This document shows positions 11,256 through 23,690 of a DNA stretch of 32,626 nt, one piece after another. Within the stretch, counting starts at the first letter, position 1, and each line of letters begins with the position of its first letter. The stretch is from Priapulus caudatus (taxonomy: Eukaryota): contig NW_014577082.1 of assembly GCF_000485595.1 (NCBI RefSeq), positions 164,990 to 197,615 on the forward strand. Reading direction: 5' to 3'. A program made the position numbers and the translations under genes. The notes beneath the pieces were generated by a model, which searched no databases, was not told the DNA's origin, and saw nothing but the letters and a program-made list of their open reading frames with translations.

Positions 11256-12707
11256 TACGATGCTGTACAGGCTAGTGCTAATACATGGAAGCTTTTTTCT
11301 GTGTGTTGATCGGCCTCAGCTCTCGAGAACGACCATCGCTGTAATTTCATTCCGGCACTTTCACTCGAAAAGTGCCGCATTTGCTCAGCTGGCGTGAACA
11401 TTTATCAGTTATTAATTCCGTAGTTTTTTTGCATTTGAAAGGGTCGGGTGATGGCGTTTGGCTCTGCGCACTAGACTAACAGGTACAAACAAGCTCTCTG
11501 CGCTTACAGGCGGTTAGAACCTAATTCTCATGTCGTTGTGCTGAAGCGCGACGACCGATGCCGGCGCGGATTACAGACAGAAATAAGCAAAATTGCTCGC
11601 TTAGCTTCGGGATAGATTCTGCCGTAAACGGGACGTTAGTGAATTTGTTAGGGCAATCGCTTGAGCAAATCTGTCGGCGAGATATTTAAAGTTTTTTTTT
11701 GGCCAATTAGTGAATAAACCTATCAGTCCCGGGACTTAATAGTTGCTTTATAGCAGCGACGTCAAATGCAAACGATGAAAAACGCTCTCTCGTAATTCGT
11801 TCTAAATTTGTGTTTTTAGACATGTTTCTGTTACTCGCTGTCAATGTACACTTAGTAGGTATGCGCCATCGTTGTTGGTTGTCGAACAAGAAGCGCTGAT
11901 CGGTGTAATACAACAGTGTCAGAAGATAGGTCGGGGTTACTAGAACACTCCCGGTCGTATTTTGTAGCATCACCTTGAACATCGGTCGTTGTCCGGTCGA
12001 CGTCGTCCCGTCCGTACCTGTCACCATTGTGGCTACGGCGTCAACGATAACTCAGGAACCGTTTTGACGGCCCACATGTTTGAAATTTGGGTATAGTTGT
12101 TTCTGCTATGCTCACATATTAACGTCCCTATTTTGGGAGCCCCGCCCCAGTCAACGTACTTTCGAGCCACGGTAATTTCTTTGGCGCAAAGAATGGCGAA
12201 TTGCCATTAGTCAGTTCAGGGTTCAACGATTATAGCTTATTTTTGGTATGTGAGATGAATAGGCTAGCAGGGTTTGTGAATAATTTAAGGACAAAAAAAA
12301 TCTGCATTTAGGTAGGGTTTGGCAAAATTATAGATAGCAGTATTAATCTAGACCCGCCAAAAAAACGCGAATATGGTTGCTCAATTAAACACGTGAACTT
12401 CATTCTCACTCACTCATTTGTGTCCTTTTTTGTGGTGACAAAGAGCTACCAGTGTTCATTGCACAGCTTTCATTTTGTTTACGGGGTCCAGCATATAATC
12501 GTGCTTAGGGTAGGCCAAAAATTGAATTCGTTGCCGTGCACAAAATCTGGGCGATACAGCTCGTGTATATCAGCCAGGGTAATAGGTCAGCCCAGGGTAA
12601 ACGTAGTTCTGTGCAGAAGGCGAAGGGCTATAAGTTCTAGGACTAGCGCTAAAGCATCTAACAGTACGTTGATCTACACGGGGGCTTAACATTCACTGAG
12701 GCGTTAA

Positions 12708-13488
12708 GGCAGCGGCAGGTCACACTTCACACATTTTCGTTGCTCGTGACAGGCAATGTTGCGTGGTCGGCCAATTTTTGTGGGCCTTTGCCGCGGTCAC
12801 AGCACACGTCACCACTGAGCCACGCTCGCTTGTTGCCCGGCAATTTTTGTTGCCAGATGTTGTAGTTTTAACTGCCATTCATATACAGTTATCAAATAAA
12901 GGAATATATAAATTTATCAACATTTCTGTTCCTTGGGCCATAGGGCCCCTATATTATGTATAGATTTATGGTCATTTCTAAGCGGTGGCACCAGAAGACA
13001 TGAATCCACTAGTAGCCTAGTAATATAGCTGGAACTAGACTTTGGTTCGAATGGTGAATTGGTTTTTGAGTAACGTGCTGTTGCTGTATTGCGGGAGCTT
13101 TGATGTCAAAAAGACAAGGCTCTCACATCCATAAATCTATTAATTCTGCTTCTAACTCGGTGGTCCAAGTCGATAAAATTGGGCCCCGCCATTTTGAATC
13201 ATGTGACGGCAGCGCTAATTTTGATTCGTTCGAGGTCGCTTTTGTTGCCCGATTGCCGTGGTGGCTTGCGCACACTTTCACGCACAAGTTGCCACCAACG
13301 GGCAATTTCGTGGTAGAGAAATCAAACCGTTATGACGTTCTCGCAACTCGTAAGTTCAACCACTAATTTCCGTGTGAGTGGTCGGTGCCGCCGCCGCACA
13401 ACTTGCACATCTTTTGTTGGGCGACCCACGCCAAAATTGCCTGTGTACGGACGCAACGAAAAATGGTGTGCCAGTGTCGCTCGCAGCT
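12708..13488 (-). mobile_element. PIF/Harbinger-like non-autonomous element, long form (~780 bp; copy B)
   Basis: Imperfect TIRs (..CACACTTCAC(C)ATTTTCGTTGCTCG.. / ..GCAACGAAAATGGTG..AGCT) flanked by TAA and TTA; internal MADF-like fragment. Confidence 0.7.
13062..13192 (-). pseudogene. N-terminal fragment of a MADF (Myb/SANT-like) DNA-binding protein
   Basis: Manual consensus of three copies: MAxPILSTWTTELEAELIDLWSERPCLFDIKAPEYSNRVLKN. It starts at caaaATGGCG and fits the MADF pattern LIxxxxxxPCL(W/F)D...YxN. Each copy is individually frameshifted. Confidence 0.7.
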
Positions 13489-13526
13489 TTATGAAAACCC
13501 CTGCCCACACGTTACATAAGACCTTC

Positions 13527-13834
13527 AGCTAAGCAGCACACCGTTCACCCATTTTATCCGTTGCTCGAGTACACCGCCACATTCCTCGCGTCGCCACAAA
13601 AATGGGCCAAGTGCGCGGGGCCGGCACGGAACCACGTCACACACGGATAATTTAGTGGTGACCACGAGTTGCCGAGACATCACAACGGTTTGATTTCTCA
13701 CCAACCCGAAAATTGCTACCGTCGGTGGCAACTTGATGGTGAACGTGTGCTACGTGCACGCGGCAACGGCCACACCAAAATTGCCGACCACGAAATTGCT
13801 GTACGAGCAACGAATGGTGAAGTGTGCTGCTAGT
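13527..13834 (+). mobile_element. Short MITE form of the same family (~310 bp; copy B)
   Basis: AGCTAAGCAGCACAC ... GGTGAAGTGTGCTGCTAG; its left part is the reverse complement of 13268-13488. Confidence 0.7.
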
Positions 13835-13903
13835 TTACATGCACGCTTACGTACACTTAAATAACGTCTACATACGTAACACTACGTAACGCCTTGCATA
13901 AAG

Positions 13904-14150
13904 CACCTACATAGCACCTACATAATACCTACATAACACCTACATAATACCTACATAATACCTACATAACACCTGGCCAACACTTGCGTAACACATACAC
14001 AGCACCAAGGGCTAACAATACAATATTATGAGCTCTTGATAGCTCCTATATAACACCTACATAACACCTACATAACAACTATATAACACCTACATATAAT
14101 AACACCTACCATAACACTTCACATAAAACTATACCTAACACCGTACATAA
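13904..14150. repeat. 11-bp minisatellite (ACATAAYACCT)n, interrupted; also ~8390-8735 and ~24068-24326
   Basis: cataatacctacataacacctacataatacctacataatacctacataacacct. Confidence 0.85.
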
Positions 14151-14249
14151 AACATCAGGACGGCCATTGTATAAGCTTATTGGTGGTTATATACGACACG
14201 CACCACGGGCTCAGTCGCCGTGACACGCGTTCATGTGGCTGTAGTGCAC

Positions 14250-14272
14250 GCACGCACACAGCACAACATCAC

Positions 14273-14310
<38 letters not shown>

Positions 14311-14320
14311 ACCACACATA
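14250..14320. repeat. (CA)n microsatellite; also ~8815-8885 and 24403-24471
   Basis: Direct read. Confidence 0.9.
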
Positions 14321-14649
14321 TATAAGATAATATACCAGTATATTGTATAATATATAACTCGCTATAGGTATAGGTGGTTTGTTTTGTGTAGCTGCAGTTA
14401 ACGCTCTGTCGTTGCCGTCTTGTAATATTTTTATTAAACAATGTAACCGATGCCGTAGTACTTCACCAGGGACGTAGGCCTCTAGCATTTTAGCTGCATA
14501 CAACTGCTACTTAACTGTCTAACAAATCGTCTATACCCACACGTATTTGTTAACCGAGATACTAATTTAAATGTTATAAATTCATTACAACATCAAGCTA
14601 CGAAATTTGAACGGCGCCATGACACCGCTCCCGCGGCCGTGCTGGCCGA

Positions 14650-17600
14650 CCGAGCCGGGGGGGGGCGGAGGAAGTGCGTGAGTGTGTGAGCGAGAAGTGT
14701 GTGATGGTGTCGCGGAGCGTGTGAGCGAGAGCCGGGGAGGGAGGCTGGAGAGAGTCGAGCGAAGGGAAGCGTGCAGAGTGGTGATGAGCGGTGGTAGTAG
14801 GGGCGACGTGAAGGGAGTGCGATGTGTGAGACGTGAAGCGATAGTGTAGTGTGGTGAGGCGAGAGAGTGGTGAGGTGGCGCGACGTAACGTGATCGAGAG
14901 CGTGGAGGAGCTCGAGAGTGTGCGTGTGTGAGGTGAGAGGAGAGTAGCATAATCGGTTGGCGTGTGAGCTGTGGGTGTGAAAAGGGGGAGGGGCGGGGGG
15001 CGGGGGGGGGGAGCGAGAGTGAGCGAGAGTGAGCGGAGACGCGGACGCCTCCGCTGCTGTGAGCCTTGCTGGAGAAGTGTTTCGCCAACTTCGGTGCAGA
15101 GTGGTGGGGGCGGCTTCGTGAGGGGCCAGGGCCGGGGGGGTTGGGGTGACGTGTGTGACGGCGGGTGAGGTGCAACTCGTGAGCGTGTAGTGGTGGTTGT
15201 GGAGGGAAGAGCGATGTGGAGAGAGAGAGAGTGAGTGAACGAGAAGTAGGAACTCGGTCCGGCTTTAGAGCGGAAGTGCGTGAGTGACTGGGGTAAGCGA
15301 ATGCGGCTAGGGGTGACGTGCTAGGACATGCGTAGTGACGCTGGGTAAGCAAGTGGGGTGAGGTGACGGGTGGACGAACTGGCGTAGAGTGAGTGAGAGA
15401 AGTGGGCGTGAGTAGGCGTGGGTAAGACATGGGGGCGTAGTAGCGTGTGAAGCAGAGTGCGCGTAGTGACTGTGGAACAGGAGTGCAGTAGTACGTGTGT
15501 GAGAGCGAGTGCCGTAGGGGTGGCTGTAGACGAGAGCGTGAGTGAGCGTGTGAGAGCAGAGATGAGGAGCGCGGAGTGCGGTTGATTTGACCGGGGGGAG
15601 TTGTTCGAGGGTGTCGAGCTTTGGCCGCGAGAGCCAGGCGATCGTGTGGAGCTGTGGTGGGGCGGTGTTCGACGGAGGGGGTGTGCGCGAGGCGCTGTGG
15701 TGCGCGAGTGTGAGAGTCGCGAGTGCGATGGAGTGGAGTTGGGAGCGGTGAGGGTGGATGAAAGAGTTGTGAGTGAAGAAGTAGTGAGAGCGTGGAGATA
15801 TGAGAGAGCGGGGCGAATGAAGCAGAAGGGAGCTGTGGTGGGTGTCGGGGTGTTTGTGGCGGCGGACGGGGCACGGCGGGGGGGCGTGAGCGCAAAAGAG
15901 CAAAGTATGTACGCGAGCGGGGCGGACGCCGGCGGGCCGCCGCGGGGGTCGCGAGGAATGAAACAGTTGAGATTTTATCGGGTCGTCAGAGACGGGGCGA
16001 AGAGAGGAGCGGGCGAGAGCGGCAAGAGCACACCGCGGCAGCGTTGGCGAATGACACCCGCGGACTTTAGGAATTTCGCATCCGAATTCACGTAGCACTG
16101 AGGGGGGGGGGCGTCGCGAGGGCGGCGGCGCAGACGAGGAGCCGTGCGCATATAGGTGTGCGGGTCATGGAGGGCGGATGTGGAGTGAGGGAGATGGTGC
16201 GAGTGCGCGGGGGGCGGAGGGTGCAAGCGTGACGAGGAGTGTTGGCGGACAAGCGATAATACACCCGATACAGCTGCCGACCACTCACTCACAGCACTCC
16301 AATCATCGGGAAAGAGGTCGAACAATCAATGAAACACGCCCACCCGCGATTAAACACAGTTTCTCCTGATTAAGAACAAGGTATTGTGCCCCGACCTACG
16401 GCAACCACCCTCAGTCCCGCCATTCAACCCCGACGGTTTGTCCCGATAAGCGGCACCCCGTCGTCCCACCGACTCCAAACGGTGAAGCGCCGCATAGACA
16501 ACGTGCACCATGAACTTCCCACACACTTTCCGAAGACGCGAGGTGTCCGTTTAAATGACTAACGTCCCAACCCCGAAATCTCCCTTTTCATGCCGTGCAC
16601 CGTATTGTTGTAAAGAACACAACAAGTGCACACATATATATCTTACACTCGTGAGCGCATGGTAAGTAGAAGGAGCGAACGCGGCACACACACTAAATTA
16701 AACCTATCCTCGAAATTGCTTAATCTAAATAAGATTGTTTTTGCACACAATACCGTTACAAAGTCCAAAAAAAATATGCCTGCTAATCATCTAGGAGTAT
16801 ACGTTGATCACCCCCCACATTCAACTGCTTTCCTATGGCCCCCACCACCCACCGCGTAAGAGTCAGCCGGAGTGTGGTGGTGTTATCAGCGAGGGAGCGG
16901 CATACGAGAGATAGGAAGTAGGGACAGAGGGGGCGCAGAGGGCGCGAGCGGAGAAAGTGAACGAGAAGTGCAGCGGAGTATAGGGGCCATGGTTGTGTGA
17001 AAAACGTTAGACATGTTTTTTAACTTGTGTGACACTAATTCCCTACCCCCCACCCCTCACCGCACCCCACCCGACACCGCCCACGCCACCACCCGGTGCC
17101 AACGTAACACTACACGCTGTCTACCGTCACCAGCAATCTCTTCCCTAGAAATGTTATAGGTTGAAACCCCTTTATTTTTCTCCGTAACTTTTGTTCACGC
17201 CATCACAAAAAGTTAGTACTAACGTTACTAGAATATAACCCCTCCCTAAAAGTCTACTCTACACCGCACACTGTATACCCGCTGCCGTCTCGGTTCGCGA
17301 CACGGAGCGGAGGGGAGGTATTTTATATAATACACTCTTTCATCGACGTAATCATCTAAATAACAATAAGAATAATAAATAATAACAACTAATTAAACCA
17401 CAAAATACCTCAGCTGCTATACTATTCACTTACATTGAGGGATTAATATATTTATAATAATATTAATTCTATATACATAATGACCTGTATTCCACACACT
17501 GGGCAATTATAATTGATCATATATATTAGATATGTCTCATAATGATGTCTACTCCCGAGACTATATATAAGAGATACTAGATTATTCACCGTTCTATTAT

Positions 17601-19030
17601 TCACACTCTAAGCTTTCCCTGACCATATAAATACAAACTTAGAATTCACTCACCCATTTTCATCGAATATATTCTTACTCAAATATATATATACTCGATA
17701 TATATTATATTCTAACTACTTATTAAGGTTATATATTATCAAATCATATACTAATATTTATCCTCTAATCTCACACTTCACCCGCGGTACTTATGTTTGA
17801 AAAATATTATCTCATATCCACTCGCGCAAACTGTTATTGATGCTCTTCCTTTCTTTACCTTCCTTGCACACCACACACTAATTGTTTGTTGACATCCCTC
17901 ATTGGATCGATCCAGCAACAAGCCTACCATACACCCTAAACGGACCCTCACGAACCAACCCTACCGGCCCTGGCCCAGTCTTCTAGCCGACCCCCTCGGA
18001 ATTAGAAAAACGACCAGACGCACAAAATGCAGTATAAGTAAGATTATATATGATGAAACTCTCACGCCTAACACGCAATTCATACACAAGGAACTCTCCT
18101 CTTCAATCGGCTCGCCACTAATTCATTTATTTCTCTTCCACTCTTCCCCCCTCCCGTTTAGTCCGCAACATGTTTCGCTATAAACCCCTCCGCTAGGCTG
18201 AGCCGTCTGCGGACCCAGGCGCACACCAACACCATCACATAATTTCTCTACACCGATAATTCTATGGCTGGTTGTCTGTTGTAATCGCACCACGCTTTGG
18301 TACCAATCGCAAAATGTACACACGCCGCAACCTTAAGGCGTAGTCCATACAAGAAGGTCATATTAGCATTTAGAAAGTAATAGAAACACTTATTGTATTT
18401 GCATACCAAGAATCATATAACATCACAATAACTATCTTGCTGGTTGCTCGACCCCGAAATTCGTTCTGACTGTAATCAGTTTTATTATTAATGCGTTATG
18501 TGCCTTTTATGCGCAGTCCCGCGGATTAAAGCGGAGATCCGTCCGGTGGTTGGGTCTTTTGCTGATCGAATTTTGTCGATTATAGTTGTGCTATTAGTTC
18601 TATATTTAGTTCTCGCCTTGTACGTACGTCAACTCGCGCGTCGCCTGCCTTCAGCTGAACTCTCGATAGCAATCAGCTTGGTATTTATACTCTCGTTCTG
18701 CCCCGCCCGCCATACCCCCCGCGGCGGATCGATATCATAAATAACGCATGCTGGCTTATTCTACAACCTCTGCTCCATTCTCTTTCGCACCGCTTCTCAC
18801 TACTTACTCCCTCCTCTCACACACCCACCCCCCAACCTCCTACTCAACCCACCCAACCCATCTCCTCTCTCATCGCCTCCCGAAACAGCACCGAACATCC
18901 CACTCCCCTCTCTCCTCTCTCACTCTGTCTCTTTCCTTCCGCCATCCTCCGCTGTCGCTACGTAATGTCGTAGTTGTTCATGTATGTCTTGCAGATAAGA
19001 TGATTCATTCTCTCTCTTATACTCTTATTA
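14650..19030 (+). other. Very low-quality read-like rendering of the locus downstream of ~24800 (through ~29350)
   Basis: Collinear anchors embedded in G-rich, C/A-rich and AT-rich noise. Examples: gaattcacgtagca 16084~19445, tttccgaagacgc 16527~19740, aaaagttagtactaacgttacta 17208~20178, ggatcgatc 17904~26884, ttgtacgtacgt 18618~29086. Confidence 0.8.
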
Positions 19031-19032
19031 TG

Positions 19033-19140
19033 AACAATGCGTAGTACTTAACAATGCGTAGTACTTAACAATGCGTAGTACTTAACAATGCGTAGTACTT
19101 AACAATGCGTAGTACTTAACAATGCGTAGTACTTAACAAT
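19033..19140. repeat. 17-bp tandem array (AACAATGCGTAGTACTT)x6 plus partial unit
   Basis: Six perfect contiguous units 19033-19134 with no spacers; noisy versions at ~9665-9726 and ~25173-25400. Confidence 0.95.
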
Positions 19141-19565
19141 GTAACCGATGCTTATTACCGATTGTTCAGTTGCATTTCCAACAGCATCTTGATTCGTCTT
19201 TCACTTGCGCGACGTTTTCGGCGTGTGAAATCGATCATAGTATGCTAGTATGAAAAAGTTGAGTAAAATAGTAACTGAGAAATAGAACGCGAATGCCAAC
19301 GCTTTGGTGTCGTTTTTCCACGCACCTACTGCAAAGAGGCAAATATTACGCACGCCGGTGAATGAAAACAGTGGAGATTTTATCTCGCAGACGGAAACCC
19401 AACGAAACAGCGAGCTTCAATGACACCGGTTATGAAATCTGCATGAATTCACGTAGCATACTCAGCACAGATGCCGTGCGCATATAGTGTCGTCATGACG
19501 GCGATTATGTACAAATGTCGATCGCACAGTGCACGGGTGAAAGTTTGCGGTGGCATAATACAGTA

Positions 19566-19710
19566 CAGTGGTCCCTGCATTATCGGGAAAGGTCGGAAAT
19601 CATGAAAACGCCCTGATTAAACAGTTGTCCTGATTAAGCGGTTGTCCCGATTAAGCGGATGTCCCGATTAAACGGTTGTCCCGATTAAGCGGTCGTCCCG
19701 AGTAAACGGT
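19566..19710 (+). mobile_element. Left end of a pogo/Tigger-like (Tc1/mariner) element with 17-bp subterminal repeats; also at 25876 and 27533
   Basis: TA|CAGTGGTCCCTGCATTATCGG followed by ~6 units of TCCCGATTAAGCGGTTG (19611-19710). Confidence 0.6.
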
Positions 19711-20222
19711 GAACGTATAACAACGTGCACATGAATTGCTTTCCGAAGACGCACGTCGTTTAAATTGACTACGTCACGAATTTTTTATGGTGCATATTTG
19801 TAAAAATTTTGTTGCAATTTGTTTACATGTAAAGTAAGTACTAACGGCACTAATGTATCCTCAAATTCTTATCTAATAAGATTGTTTTTCAACTAGTTAA
19901 AAAACCAAAAAATCTTTGTGATTTGATATATTGATCACGACATTAAATGCTTTCTATGGGCTATGTATGAGTCACGAGTGTTTGTTCACATCGAACGGAA
20001 TAGCAAAATAGGAAGTATAATGCAGCAATTTAACCATAAAAAGTGAACAGAATCACATACATTTTTTGAAAAAGTAGACATAATTTTTTAACTTTTACTA
20101 TTTACGGTGACGTAAACACTTTAAAGTGTCTACGTCACGAATAGTTGAAACCCTTATTTTTGTAATTTTTTTACATCAAAAGTTAGTACTAACGTTACTA
20201 AATATATCCTAAAGCTCTCACT

Positions 20223-20364
20223 ACACGGATAAAGTTTAATGATTAAGGCAATACTTGAGCTCAAGTTTATCGAGGTAAACACAATAAATCATAGGTAGAC
20301 TAAGGCTACTAAATGTTGAATTTTGCCGGTTTTAGTCTGTCTTACTCCTTTTGATACACTCCTG
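20223..20364. mobile_element. Second, cleaner copy of the outer right TIR of the foldback element
   Basis: Reverse complement of 5191-5332 with one mismatch that is shared with the 9753-9955 copy; same downstream flank ATAACAT. Confidence 0.88.
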
Positions 20365-20902
20365 ATAACATACGTGCGAAATATATTTAGGACAACAAAG
20401 ACGATCAAAATTTTTTCAAAACCGTCACTATATGTTGGTAATGTCTGTCTAGTTTATGATTTATATCAGCAGGGTTAGTAATCTGAATACTCGACCTTAC
20501 AGCATTGTGATCATAGCATTATAATTTCTTGCGGTTTGGTGTAGCAATTCTTTCCATTCCTCGTTGAATACTTTGTTTGATATGTACGTAGCAGTCGTAT
20601 TTGATTTGTGTGCGCGCTGGCTATGCGCATACAAAGTAAACATTTCGTCTGGTCTCATAGCGTGAGTGCATGTGTGTGCGATGTCTCAAAGACTCTCCGT
20701 CGTTAACCTTCAGTTGTAGAAGTGCGTGCGTGCATGTGGCTCACTGGCACGGTCACTTTAGGTGTTTTTGAGTTTAAGTGATTCGGGGCAGACGTAAACC
20801 TGCGCGATACGAGCAAAGCTGACTGCGGACATGAATCACGACCGTCCCTTCGCTGGCGATGGCACCACTGCTGATGTAATACTAATAGACATTTCCCCGC
20901 AG

Positions 20903-20968
20903 CAAGGGGGTTTACTCGCCAGCGTGGAGACGCCCCGTGCTCGCCTGCATGTCGAGGCCGCTGGACAC
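20903..20968 (+). CDS. Candidate internal coding exon (66 nt; phase 2 to phase 2 reading KGVYSPAWRRPVLACMSRPLD)
   Basis: Branch-point-like TACTAAT ~20 nt upstream, acceptor atttccccgcag|, donor AC|GTAAGC. 18 of 21 codons end in G/C in the frame compatible with exon 1419-1513. All three frames are open, so the frame is inferred. Confidence 0.55.
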
Positions 20969-21357
20969 GTAAGCCACATCGCTGCTGATACTCTATATCG
21001 TATGCGTGGCTGATTTAGATCTCATTTCGCCGATAATTCCTAGATTGACTGCTCTCTCGCTCGCGGGCTCTGCCGTCGGCCTTCGTCATAAACCGGCGGG
21101 ATTGGGAGCTGGCGAATCGCAGGCGAGCGCTGGCGACCACGTAATCGATTCCGCGAAGCCGCGCGGCAGGAGATTTGAATTTTTATTATTTAATTATCCG
21201 TGGCTGCTAGCACGCGTAGACTGGCACCGCGAGCTACAGGCAGGCGAGCAGTATTGATTCGGCCGGTGCGAGAGTGCACGTCGGGAGCAGACTAGCTGCT
21301 GCGAGGTCTCATCCTTTGCGCGGGTCCAGATATGGTTAGCACAATGATGGCCTGTAG

Positions 21358-21432
21358 GTAGACAGACAGATCGATAGATAGATAGACAGATCGGCAGATC
21401 GACAGACAGATAGACAGACAGACAGATGATAA

Positions 21433-21506
<74 letters not shown>
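21358..21506. repeat. (AGAC)/(AGAT)n microsatellite
   Basis: Perfect (AGAT)n from ~21435. Confidence 0.95.
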
Positions 21507-22879
21507 GCTGTACAGCTAGTGCTAAATACATGGAAGCTTTTTTCTGTGTGTTGATCGGCTCAGCTCTCGAACGACCATCGCTGTAATTTCATTCCGGCAC
21601 TTTCACTCGAAAAGCCGGCATTTGCTCAGCTGGCGTGAACATTTTCAGTTATTAATTCCGTAGTTTTTTTGCATTGAAAGGTCGGGTGATGGCGTTTGCT
21701 CTGCGCACTAGACTAACAGGTACAACAAGTCTCTCGCTTCAGCGGTTAGACCTATTCCATGTCGTTGTGCTGAACCGACGACCGATGCCCCCGGTATTAC
21801 AGAAAGAAAAAGCAAATTGCTCGCTTAGCTTCGGGATAATTCTCCGTAACGGGACGTTAAGTGAATTTGTTAGGGCAATCGCTGAGAAATTGTCGCGAGA
21901 TATTTAAGTTTTTTTTGCCATTATGAATAAACCTATCAGTCCCACTTAATAGTTGCTTTATAGCAGCGACGTCAAAATGCCAAGATGAAAAAAGCTCTTC
22001 GTAATTCGGTTCTAAATTGTGTGTTTTTTAGACTGTTTCTGTTACTGCTTCATGTACAGAGTTAGGTATGCGCCAGTCGTTGGTTGCGAACAAGAACGTG
22101 GATCGGTGTATACACAGTGTCTAGAAATAGGTCTGGGTTACTAGAACACTCCCGTGTATTTTTAGCATCACCTTGACATCGGTCGTGTGTCCGGTCGTAT
22201 CGCCGTGCCCGTCCGTACCTCAGCATTGTGGCTACGGCTCAACGATAACTCAGGAACCGTTTGAACCGCACACATGTTTGAAAATTTGGTATAGTTGTTA
22301 TCGCTATGCCTCCATATTAAACGTCCCTATTTTGGGGCCCGCCAGTCAACGCTACTTTCGAGCCACGGTAATTTCTTTGCGCAAAGAATGGCGAATTGCC
22401 ATTAGTCAGTTCAGGGTTCAACGGATTTTGCTTATTTGTGGTATGTGAATGAATAGGGCTAGAGGGTTTGATAATTTAAGAAAAAAAAATACGCATTTAG
22501 GTAGGGTTTGGCCAAATTAGATAGCAGTATTAATCAGACCGCAAACGGATATGGTTGCTCATTAAACACTGACTTCTATTCTCACTCACTCATTTGTGTC
22601 TTTTTTTGTGGTGAGACTACCAGTGTTCATTGCACACTTTTCCATTTTGTTTACGGGTGTCCAGCATATAATGCGTGGCTTAGGGTAGGGCAAATTGAAT
22701 CGTTGCGTGCACAAAATCTGGGCGATACAGCCGTGTAATATCAGCAGGGTATATCAGGCGCCCAGGGTAAACGTAGTTCTGTGGCAGAAGGCGAAGGGCT
22801 ATAGTTCTAGAGGACTAGCGCTAAACGCATCTAACAGTACGTTGAGTCTACACGGAGAGGCAAATTCACTGAGCGCGTT

Positions 22880-23652
22880 AGCACGGCAGTCACACTTCAC
22901 ACATTTTCGTTGGCTCGTGCAGGCAATGTTCGTGGTCGGCCAATTTTTGTGGGTTTGCCGCGTCACACACACGTCACCACTGAGCGCCACCGTGTGCTTG
23001 TTGACCCGGCAAATTTTTGTTGCCAGATGTTGTAGTTTTAACGCCAATTCATATACAGTTATCAAATAAAGGAATATATAAATTTATCAACATTTCTGTT
23101 CTTGGGCCTAGGGCCCTATATTTGGTATAGATTTATGGTCATTTCTACGCGGTGGCACCAGAAGACATGGAATCACTAGTACCTAGTAAATAGCTGGAAC
23201 AGACGTTTGGTTCGAATGGTGAATTGGTTTTTGAGTACGTCTGTTGCTGTATTACGCGGGAGCTTTGATGTCAAAAAGGACAAGGCCTCTACATCCATAA
23301 ATCTATTTAATTCTGCTTCTAACCGGTGGTCCAAGTCGATAAAATTGGGGCCCCGCCATTTTGAATCATGTGACGGCAGCGCTAATTTTGATTCGTTCGA
23401 GAGTGCTTTTGTTGCCGATTGCCGTGGGTTTTGGCTTGCGCACACTTCACGCACAAGTTGCCACCACGGGCAATTTTCGTAGGTGAGAAATCAAACCGTG
23501 TTGACTTCTCGCAATCTCGTAAGTCCCACTAAGTTTTCCCGTGTGATGGTCGGTGCCGGCCCCCCGCACAGTTGGCACATCTTTTGTTGGCGACCCACGC
23601 AAAATTGCCTGTGTACGAGCAACGAAAATGGTGATGCAGGTCGCTCGCAGCT
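22880..23652 (-). mobile_element. PIF/Harbinger-like non-autonomous element, long form (copy D)
   Basis: As 12708-13488. Confidence 0.7.
23227..23359 (-). pseudogene. MADF-like fragment (copy D)
   Basis: LEAEL and VLKNQ are visible in ORF 23176..23454; PCLFDIKAP and YSNR lie in shifted frames. Confidence 0.65.
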
Positions 23653-23690
23653 TTTATTGAACCCCTGCCCAACGTTAACATAAAGACCTT

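Larger units (their letters stand above)
9810..14650 (+). repeat. Noisy copy (B) of the locus at ~20223-24800
   Basis: Collinear throughout, with indel-type differences. Confidence 0.9.
19033..20222 (+). repeat. Cleaner partial copy (C) of ~25190-26551
   Basis: Collinear; ends at ctaaagctctca and then jumps into the foldback right TIR. Confidence 0.9.

Noticed and set aside
14585..16369. Long ORFs of 436, 263 and 164 aa
   Set aside because: Translations of G-rich noisy sequence with embedded anchors to non-coding DNA elsewhere in the window; low-complexity P/S/H/T products with no domain.
19033..19140. CRISPR-like repeat array
   Set aside because: Contiguous identical 17-mers with no spacers, no cas genes, eukaryotic context. 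The same applies to 19611-19710.
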